Assembly (NCBI GenBank): GCA_944380925.1
Contig: CALWJD010000006.1
Location: forward strand, 8,395 to 72,394
DNA from: an uncultured Clostridia bacterium
GTDB taxonomy: Bacteria > Bacillota > Clostridia > Oscillospirales > Acutalibacteraceae
Direction of reading: 5' to 3'
DNA: 64,000 bases
Position numbers and translations under genes: made by a program. Below the pieces are notes generated by a model, which was not told the DNA's origin, ran no database searches, and was given only the letters and a program-made list of their open reading frames with translations. How positions within the stretch are numbered: the first letter of the stretch is position 1; each line of letters starts with the position of its first letter. This document shows, one piece after another, positions 56,694-64,000 of the stretch.

Positions 56694-57392
56694 TTGGCTA
56701 TCGGCGGTACGGTTTGTTTGGGTATAGAACGTTTGGTCACAGGCAAATGGTTTCCCCTAATTCGTGCTTGTATTCCACATTCTCATGATAGAAATGTGTT
56801 GGTTGTAAGCAAGGATAGAGATGCCAGACGAAAGTTTACAAGAATTATGTTTGAAGGAACCGAAGGTTTGGGTTATTTTACGCGCGAATACACATATGCG
56901 CCTGAAAATAGCGCTGCGCCCCATTCGTTTCCTATAAACTATTACGTACACCCTGGTATTGATGAATTTTCGCATGCATCTCTGGATTTTGATATGCAAA
57001 ATGGATACCACATTAGGACAGGAACCAGCGAAAAGTGGAAATTTGAATGTATAGTGGTTGCAGTTGATGGGGACCAAGAACAGGAGCAAGTAGAAGCAGA
57101 TATACGCCGTATGATTGAGGTTGTTTGCGAACCGAGAGGCCAGGCTCCTTGTGAGGTAATTGTTGCAGTTTGCACTGATAGAAACAATATAACAAATGAA
57201 GATCTATTTTTTGCCTCTATTAGTAACTCCATAGGACACTTAGAGCAAGATTATCTTAGGGCGAATCGTGGATTGGGTCCTGAAAAAAATAGTCAATTTT
57301 TGCAGAGTTGTACCCTCAACTCATCCAGAGCTTTTCAGTTGAATATGGCAACAATGATTAATGAGAATTATGTAAAGACATTTGGTAATTAA
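56694..57392 (+). CDS. orphan protein of foreign base composition. The reading frame is actually open from 56460 and probably frameshifted at its 5' end.
   Basis: The ORF-track TTG at 56694 has no SD. The same frame is stop-free for 78 codons upstream and encodes a signal-peptide-like segment there. The only upstream ATG (56491) is in another frame (see findings). Confidence 0.6.
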   Translation: MAIGGTVCLGIERLVTGKWFPLIRACIPHSHDRNVLVVSKDRDARRKFTRIMFEGTEGLGYFTREYTYAPENSAAPHSFPINYYVHPGIDEFSHASLDFDMQNGYHIRTGTSEKWKFECIVVAVDGDQEQEQVEADIRRMIEVVCEPRGQAPCEVIVAVCTDRNNITNEDLFFASISNSIGHLEQDYLRANRGLGPEKNSQFLQSCTLNSSRAFQLNMATMINENYVKTFGN

Positions 57393-57646
57393 TCGAATTT
57401 CTATCTATTTAATTAACATTATACTTTACATGATAGGCCATACGTATTACTAATTTTAAATATCTCCTTTTGATGTAAATTTTAGTAGTTTTTTAATTGA
57501 CCATTATTGTTTTACATCAGAAGGATCTTTTATCTTGTTTTTACGTCTTTTAAATTTAAATTATTATGTAGCCAAAAAACCTCCGCGCGTTTTTCTGCAT
57601 AAAAAAAGCACTGCCGACTTATTTTGTAAGCAGCTGTGCCGGTTTT

Positions 57647-58276
57647 TTAGTTTTCTTCTGGAATTACATTTTCCTCCGAGATTACATTTTCCGATGTTAA
57701 TTCTTTAAGTTTTAGGTAATAATTTGCTTTTGAAGTTTCTATATAAGGTCCAACATAAATTACAGCTATTCCGAAAGTAATCATTACAAGCAAGTTCCAA
57801 AGTATAAACGATAAATCAAAAACAAATAAATCCCACTTGTGCCCGTCCATCATTTTTTCACTTTTTTTCATGGCATCTAGCGCTTTTATTTCAGGATTTT
57901 CTGCCATAATATAATGTGCCATAGCGTAGGAATACGCCTTTATAATACCGGGTACAATTAAAAGCAGTGACCAAAGAAACACGTAAAGCCCACTCCAAAA
58001 AGTAAGTAAAACCGATTGTGTCCAGCATTTTTTAAATCCAAATCCAAGCGTATCAAATTCGGGTTTTTTATCATCTGTTACAAGATCAAGATATGTACGA
58101 GATAATGAAATTCTTAGCGGAGCACCCGCAACATAAGTTAAAATAATAGTCAATATAAAGGAATTCACAAGCGTTCCGATAAAAGCGCAATTCGATATCA
58201 AATTCATTAAAAATAGGATAAATACACTGCCACTGATTTGTTTTTTGGATAACAATTTTATTTCTTTTCTTGGCAT
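57647..58276 (-). CDS. DUF975-family integral membrane protein
   Basis: The N-terminus MPRKEIKLLSKKQISG resembles DUF975 (R.ELK..AK..L.G), and the topology is polytopic. AAGGAG SD is present. Confidence 0.7.
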   Translation of the reverse strand: MPRKEIKLLSKKQISGSVFILFLMNLISNCAFIGTLVNSFILTIILTYVAGAPLRISLSRTYLDLVTDDKKPEFDTLGFGFKKCWTQSVLLTFWSGLYVFLWSLLLIVPGIIKAYSYAMAHYIMAENPEIKALDAMKKSEKMMDGHKWDLFVFDLSFILWNLLVMITFGIAVIYVGPYIETSKANYYLKLKELTSENVISEENVIPEEN

Positions 58277-58403
58277 GTTTATCAGCTCCTTAAATATAAA
58301 TTTTATAGTATTATATCATAGATTATTTTTAATAAGCAACAAATTTGGCACAGTCGCATCCGAACACTGAGCAACCGTGCCATTTTTATATCAACAAATT
58401 AAT

Positions 58404-59132
58404 TTATGCTACCACTTCAGAATCCTTTGACTTTATATTTAAATAAAAGTTTGTTTTTGCAGCTTCCATATAAGGTCCAACATAAATCATTGCTAATCCG
58501 AAAGTAATTGCCACAAGCAAATACCAGAAGAAAAACGATAAATCCAAAACAAAAAGTTCAAATTTGTGTCCATCCATTAGTTTTCTGCTCTTGGTAATAG
58601 CATCTAAGGCACTTATTTCAGGATTTTCTGCCATGATGTAGTTTGCCATTGCATAAGAATAGCTTTTGATAATTCCGGGTATAATTAAAAGCAATGTCCA
58701 AAGTCCTATAAACAAACCGGAAAGAAATTTAAGTAGAACTGATCTTAACCAGCATTTTTTAAAGCCGAACCCCAGCATACTAAACACAGGCTTACTATCG
58801 TTTGATGCAAGCTCGAGGTATGTATGCGAAAGGGAAATTCTAAGAGGCGAACCAATCGCATAATCTAAAAGCGTAACAATAAGGCTGGAACCAACCATCA
58901 TTCCAAAAAAAGAATATAAAGTGTTGTAATAATCAGCTGAAAAGGCTCCCATCTTGCTGGTAAACATTAAAGAGTTCATGTAATTCTTTAAGATACCGGA
59001 AGAATTTAAAAATGCACTTTGAAAGCTACTGTACCATATAAATACATTAGCTATCAATCCAAATAGGAACAAAATAAATACATTGCCACTGATTTGCTGT
59101 TTTGCCGAGAATTTTAGTTCTTTTCTTGACAT
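58404..59132 (-). CDS. DUF975-family integral membrane protein (tandem paralogue)
   Basis: MSRKELKFSAKQQISG. There are long identical or near-identical stretches with the neighbouring gene (for example ISLSxTYLxL, LGFGFKKCW, IPGIIKxYSYAMAxYIMAENPEI). Confidence 0.7.
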   Translation of the reverse strand: MSRKELKFSAKQQISGNVFILFLFGLIANVFIWYSSFQSAFLNSSGILKNYMNSLMFTSKMGAFSADYYNTLYSFFGMMVGSSLIVTLLDYAIGSPLRISLSHTYLELASNDSKPVFSMLGFGFKKCWLRSVLLKFLSGLFIGLWTLLLIIPGIIKSYSYAMANYIMAENPEISALDAITKSRKLMDGHKFELFVLDLSFFFWYLLVAITFGLAMIYVGPYMEAAKTNFYLNIKSKDSEVVA

Positions 59133-59201
59133 ACACATCCACCCCTTTAAATTATAATGGATCTATAAACAACGCCATTATACAAAAATAAATATTAGAT
59201 G

Positions 59202-62024
59202 TCAACAAAAAAATAATTTTTTTAAATATTTTCCTGTATAAGAATCTTTATTTTTTGAAATTTCTTCCGGAGTACCTTGCGCAACTATGGTCCCTCCGTG
59301 TTCTCCGCCTTCGGGCCCAAGATCTATAAGGTAATCACAAGTCTTTATTAGGTCCAAGTTGTGCTCAATAATTAGTATCGTGTTTCCGCTCTTTACCAAC
59401 TTTTGTAAAACATCGGAAAGCCTGTGCACATCTGCAACATGTAAACCGGTTGTGGGTTCATCTAAAATATAAAGAGTTTTTCCGGTTGATTTTTTGGAAA
59501 GTTCGGTTGCGAGTTTAACCCTTTGCGCTTCTCCGCCTGAAAGGGTGGTTGCGGATTGCCCAAGTTTTATATATCCGAGCCCGACTTGCTCGAGTGTATC
59601 GAGTTTTCTTTTAATTTTGGGTTGATTTTCAAAAAACTCACACGCTTCACTGACTGTCATATTAAGAACATCACTAATGTTTTTGCCTTTATATTTTACT
59701 GATAGAGTATCCCGATTATATCTTTTTCCTTTACATACTTCGCAGGGGACATATATATCCGAGAGAAAATGCATTTCTATCGTAACAATTCCATCGCCTT
59801 GGCAAGATTCGCATCTTCCGCCTTTAACGTTAAACGAAAATCTTCCGCTTTTATATCCCTTTGCTTTTGCGTCATTGGTGGTTGCAAACAGCTCCCTTAT
59901 ATCTGTAAAAACTCCCGTATACGTAGCAGGGTTTGACCTTGGAGTTCTGCCTATTGGCGACTGGCTTATATCAATTACTTTATCAAGATTTTCAATTCCC
60001 AGTATTTCTTTGTGTTTACCCGGAATATTTTTGGCTTTATTCAGCGCTACGGATAGTTTTTTATAGATTATTTCATTAACCAAAGTGGATTTTCCCGAAC
60101 CTGAAACACCCGTTACACCGGTTATGGTTCCAAGAGGTATGGAAATATCTATATTTTTTAGGTTGTTTTCCGCAGCTCCTATTACTTTTAAGAACTTTCC
60201 GTTTCCTTTTCTGCGTGTTTTTGGAATAGGTATCGATTTTTTGCCACTTAGATACTGACCTGTAATGGAATTTCTACAGTTTTTAATATCATCTACCGTA
60301 CCTGCGCACACTATCTGACCGCCGTGCACGCCGGAACCAGGGCCGACATCAACTATATAATCTGCGGCATACATCGTATCTTCATCATGCTCAACAACCA
60401 ATACGCTATTGCCCGCATCTCTTAAATTTTTAAGTGTTTCTAATAACTTATCATTATCCCTTTGGTGCAAACCTATGCTCGGCTCATCTAAAACATAAAG
60501 CACGCCCATAAGAGCTGAGCCTATCTGAGTTGCCAAACGTATTCTTTGACTTTCGCCGCCTGAAAGAGTGCCCGAATTTCTTGATAATGTTAGATACTCA
60601 AGTCCGACATTTTTTAAAAATCTGAGTCTGTTTTTAATTTCTTTTAAGATTGGTGCAGCTATCAAAATTTCTTTATTGCTAAGCTTTAATTTTTCAAAGA
60701 ATTCTAAAAGATGAACAACCGATTTGTCGCAAAGATCAGTTATGTTTATACCTCCGACAGTTACCGCTAAAGCAGTGGGAGAAAGCCTTTTTCCGCCACA
60801 TTCATCGCAAGGGACTTCATTCATAAAAGTTTCGATTTCTTGTTTTATCCATGCGCTGGAAGTATTTCTGAATCTGCGTTCTAGGTTTGTAATAATACCT
60901 TCGAATGAATTTCTATATTTTGAGATTCCGTAAGACGTTTTTCGGACCAAATCAAGCTGTTCGCCGTTTGTACCATAAAGAACGATATCTAATATTTCAC
61001 TAGGCAAATCTTTTATGGGAGTATCAAGAGAAAACTTATATTTTTTGGCAAGTGCTTCAAAATACATATTTGCCATGGAATTACCCTCCATAGACCAGCC
61101 GCTACCTTTTATTCCTCCTTGATTTATGGATTTATTTTTATCGGGAACAATTAAATTTGGATCAATTTTCATAAACACACCAAGTCCCGTACATTTTTTG
61201 CATGCGCCGAAAGGACTGTTAAACGAAAACATACGCGGTGCTAAATCTTCTATGGCGATATTATGAATAGGGCAAGCGTAATTTTTAGAGAAAATAATAT
61301 CTTTTTCCGTATTTAGATTTACAATTATAACCCCACCTGAAAGATTGGCAGCAGTTTCTATGGAATCCGCAATTCTTGACTTTTCGGAGGATTTTATAAC
61401 AATTCGGTCTACCACTACCTCGATATCATGTTTAAATGTTTTTTTAAGTTTAATATTTTCTGATAGATCCTCGATTTTACCATCTATTCGTGCTCTTACA
61501 AAACCATTTTTTCGGGCGGATTCAAGCTCTTTTACAAACTCGCCCTTTTTACCTTGAGCAATGGGAGCAAGAATTTGAATTTTTGCATTTTCACCAAGCT
61601 CTATTACCTTATCTACTATCTGATCTATACTTTGGTGCGATATTTCACGTCCGCATATCGGGCAGTGGGGTACACCTATTCTTGCATAAAGAAGCCTTAA
61701 ATAATCATAAATTTCGGTAACGGTTCCAACCGTTGACCTTGGATTTTTGGAAGTTGTTTTTTGGTCAATTGATATGGCGGGGGAAAGGCCCTCTATGCTT
61801 TCCACCTTAGGTTTATTCATTTGCCCAAGAAATTGCCTTGCGTATGAAGAAAGCGATTCCATATACCTTCTTTGACCTTCTGCGTATATCGTATCAAACG
61901 CAAGCGATGATTTTCCCGAGCCTGAAAGTCCCGTAAGGACAACCAATTTATTGCGCGGTATGGTTACATTTACATTTTTTAAATTATTCTCTTTAGCGCC
62001 TTTTATTACTATATTTTCATTCAT
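59202..62024 (-). CDS. uvrA: excinuclease ABC subunit A
   Basis: 940 aa, with two ABC ATPase modules ([18 protein letters not shown]) and zinc-finger Cys clusters. Confidence 0.98.
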   Translation of the reverse strand: MNENIVIKGAKENNLKNVNVTIPRNKLVVLTGLSGSGKSSLAFDTIYAEGQRRYMESLSSYARQFLGQMNKPKVESIEGLSPAISIDQKTTSKNPRSTVGTVTEIYDYLRLLYARIGVPHCPICGREISHQSIDQIVDKVIELGENAKIQILAPIAQGKKGEFVKELESARKNGFVRARIDGKIEDLSENIKLKKTFKHDIEVVVDRIVIKSSEKSRIADSIETAANLSGGVIIVNLNTEKDIIFSKNYACPIHNIAIEDLAPRMFSFNSPFGACKKCTGLGVFMKIDPNLIVPDKNKSINQGGIKGSGWSMEGNSMANMYFEALAKKYKFSLDTPIKDLPSEILDIVLYGTNGEQLDLVRKTSYGISKYRNSFEGIITNLERRFRNTSSAWIKQEIETFMNEVPCDECGGKRLSPTALAVTVGGINITDLCDKSVVHLLEFFEKLKLSNKEILIAAPILKEIKNRLRFLKNVGLEYLTLSRNSGTLSGGESQRIRLATQIGSALMGVLYVLDEPSIGLHQRDNDKLLETLKNLRDAGNSVLVVEHDEDTMYAADYIVDVGPGSGVHGGQIVCAGTVDDIKNCRNSITGQYLSGKKSIPIPKTRRKGNGKFLKVIGAAENNLKNIDISIPLGTITGVTGVSGSGKSTLVNEIIYKKLSVALNKAKNIPGKHKEILGIENLDKVIDISQSPIGRTPRSNPATYTGVFTDIRELFATTNDAKAKGYKSGRFSFNVKGGRCESCQGDGIVTIEMHFLSDIYVPCEVCKGKRYNRDTLSVKYKGKNISDVLNMTVSEACEFFENQPKIKRKLDTLEQVGLGYIKLGQSATTLSGGEAQRVKLATELSKKSTGKTLYILDEPTTGLHVADVHRLSDVLQKLVKSGNTILIIEHNLDLIKTCDYLIDLGPEGGEHGGTIVAQGTPEEISKNKDSYTGKYLKKLFFC

Positions 62025-62100
62025 TTTAAAACACCTCTCTTGATTGATAAAAGTTTATATTTCTATAAATTAATTATTTCCTTTTGCGCATACATATAAT

Positions 62101-64000
62101 TTAATTTTTAAGTTTTTTTATTTCATCACGCAAAAATGCCGCATGTTCAAATTCAAGCATTTGCGCAGCTAACTTCATTTCTTTCGTAAGCTCTCTGATT
62201 ATTCTATCTTTTTCTTTTGTACTTAATTTTTTGTAATTTCGAGAGCCTGTATCTTTATTTGAAATTTCAAGAATTTCGGAAACTTTTTTAACTATTGTTT
62301 TAGGTACAATTCCGTGTTCTTCATTGTATTTTGATTGTATTTTTCGTCTTCTTTCGGTTTCTGTTATTGCTTTTTTCATAGATGGGGTTATTTCGTCGGC
62401 ATACATTATTACTTTGCCGTTTGCATTTCTTGCCGCTCTTCCGATTGTTTGAATTAAAGACCTATCTGAACGCAAAAATCCTTCTTTATCGGCATCGAGT
62501 ATGGCAACTAAAGATACTTCCGGTATATCAAGACCTTCACGCAGAAGATTTATTCCAACCAATACATCTATAACGCCTGTCCGCAAATCCCTGACTATTC
62601 CCATTCTCTCTATTGTATCAATATCGCTATGCATATAAGTTACTTTTATACCAACATCTTTTAAATAGGTTGTTAAATCTTCCGCCATTTTTTTGGTAAG
62701 AGTCGTTATCAAAACTTTTTCGTTTTTCTTTGTTCTTTCATTTATCTCACTTATAAGATCATCAATTTGTCCATTTGTCGGCTTTACAAAAATTTCGGGG
62801 TCTAAAAGCCCTGTCGGACGTATAACTTGCTCCGCAACGACCTTACTTTTTTGAAGTTCAAAATCTCCCGGAGTTGCACTTACAAAAACAACTTGATTAA
62901 TTTTTGAATAAAATTCGTCAAATGTCATGGGGCGATTGTCATAAGAAGAAGGGAGTCTAAAGCCGTATTCTATCAGATTATCTTTTCTTGATCGGTCACC
63001 CGCATACATTGCTCTTGCCTGAGGCAATGTTACGTGGGATTCATCAATAAACATTAGAAAATCTTTAGGAAAGTAATCAAACAAAGTAAACGGCATACTG
63101 CCTGCGGGGCGACCTGAAAGCACACGCGAATAATTTTCTATTCCCTTGCAAAAGCCGATTTCGTAAAGCATTTCCGTATCGTAATTTACTCTTTCGGTTA
63201 TTCTTTGAGCTTCTATTAGCTTACCGTTATTCCTAAAATACTCGGCTCTTTCTTTTGCTTCATTTTTTATATTATCTATTGCTTCGAGTAGCTTTTCTCT
63301 CGGGACGATATAGTGCGAAGATGGATAAATCGCAGCGTGTTTTAAGGTTGATACTATATCTCCCGTAACGGGGTTTACCTCGCAAATTCTATCTATATAG
63401 TCGCCAAAAAATTCTACCCTTATAACCTTATCCGATGAAACCACGGGGAAAATTTCCACGGTATCTCCACGAACTCTGAATTTATTTCGGGTAAGGTCCA
63501 TGTCGTTGCGTTCATATTGCAGCTCCACCAATTTATTTATTAAATCATCTCTGCTTTTTTGCATTTCCGGGCGCAAAGATATTACCATATTTTTATAGTC
63601 TATCGGATTACCTAAACTATATATGCAAGAGATACTCGAAACTATAATAACATCATTTCGTTCTATCAAAGAAGAAGTTGCCGAGTGGCGAAGTTTATCT
63701 ATTTCATCGTTTATAGATGAATCTTTTTCAATGTAGGTATCCGTTGAAGCAATATAAGATTCTGGCTGATAATAATCGTAATAAGAAACAAAATATTCAA
63801 CCGCATTGTTTGGAAAGAAAGTTTTAAATTCGGAACATAGCTGCGCCGCTAAAGTTTTATTATGCGCAAGAACCAGCGTCGGTTTTTGAATTTTTTCTAT
63901 TATGTTTGCCATGGTAAATGTTTTTCCCGAACCCGTAACGCCCAAAAGTGTTTGTTCTTTGTTTCCGTTTTTTATACTTTTTACTAAAGCATCAACCGCT
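62101..64000 (-). CDS. uvrB: excinuclease ABC subunit B (N-terminus beyond the right edge)
   Basis: The helicase motif [14 protein letters not shown] and the C-terminal UVR domain ([15 protein letters not shown]) are present. The frame stays open to position 64000. Confidence 0.97.
   Translation of the reverse strand, partial: AVDALVKSIKNGNKEQTLLGVTGSGKTFTMANIIEKIQKPTLVLAHNKTLAAQLCSEFKTFFPNNAVEYFVSYYDYYQPESYIASTDTYIEKDSSINDEIDKLRHSATSSLIERNDVIIVSSISCIYSLGNPIDYKNMVISLRPEMQKSRDDLINKLVELQYERNDMDLTRNKFRVRGDTVEIFPVVSSDKVIRVEFFGDYIDRICEVNPVTGDIVSTLKHAAIYPSSHYIVPREKLLEAIDNIKNEAKERAEYFRNNGKLIEAQRITERVNYDTEMLYEIGFCKGIENYSRVLSGRPAGSMPFTLFDYFPKDFLMFIDESHVTLPQARAMYAGDRSRKDNLIEYGFRLPSSYDNRPMTFDEFYSKINQVVFVSATPGDFELQKSKVVAEQVIRPTGLLDPEIFVKPTNGQIDDLISEINERTKKNEKVLITTLTKKMAEDLTTYLKDVGIKVTYMHSDIDTIERMGIVRDLRTGVIDVLVGINLLREGLDIPEVSLVAILDADKEGFLRSDRSLIQTIGRAARNANGKVIMYADEITPSMKKAITETERRRKIQSKYNEEHGIVPKTIVKKVSEILEISNKDTGSRNYKKLSTKEKDRIIRELTKEMKLAAQMLEFEHAAFLRDEIKKLKN

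Noticed and set aside
56757-57232. Two overlapping minus-strand ORFs (110 and 96 aa) inside the 56694 orphan.
   Set aside because: Higher local G+C reduces stop-codon frequency in all frames. These ORFs have no start context or recognisable motifs, and the plus-strand frame is far longer.
58346-58383. Hairpin tggcac...gtgcca followed by ttttt, between the two DUF975 genes.
   Set aside because: The T-run follows on the plus strand, but both flanking genes are on the minus strand. It is therefore not a convincing terminator for them, and I can support no other function.
1-64000. Searched for CRISPR arrays, rRNA or tRNA genes, transposases, integrases, phage modules, toxin-antitoxin pairs and known defence-system signatures.
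   Set aside because: I found none by eye. There are no regularly spaced direct repeats, no recombinase, DDE or HNH-type ORFs, and no suitably sized structured non-coding gaps. The accessory genes present are singletons with no mobility genes.

Overview
This window is a chromosomal segment from a low-GC Firmicute. The class is most likely Clostridia: yabP-yabQ-divIC-yabR sporulation and division genes, an rlmN-stp-prkC operon, the DapL route to diaminopimelate, and frequent TTG/GTG starts all point that way. About 85% of it is ordinary housekeeping sequence: dapA-asd, queA, rpsB-tsf, pgi, rpmF, der-plsY, typA, nth, T-box-thrS, rsmA, tadA, rlmN-stp-prkC, two murA paralogues, divIB, dapF-pyrG-dapL, recA-recX-pgsA-cysS, potABCD, cmk-plsC-ispH and uvrBA. 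I found no rRNA, tRNA, CRISPR array, transposase, integrase or phage genes. No multi-gene system stands out. What is unusual is a scatter of single-gene or few-gene insertions between conserved genes. (1) A G+C-rich orphan gene (17977-18843) encodes a protein with a signal peptide or membrane anchor. It has near-consensus expression signals and sits between nth and the thrS T-box. (2) A second G+C-rich orphan (about 56460-57392) has a signal-peptide-like N-terminus that is out of frame with the only upstream ATG at an A5 tract. (3) An orphan gene has a (TA)10 microsatellite in its promoter spacer and lies convergent with a secreted C39-like cysteine peptidase. (4) A signal-peptide-bearing Stealth hexose-1-phosphotransferase homologue is fused to a ricin-type lectin. 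(5) An orphan peptide carries a double-glycine leader, with no exporter in the window. (6) A GT2 glycosyltransferase is flanked by two flippase-like paralogues, between the two murA copies. All functional calls rest on motif recognition by eye. No database search was run.
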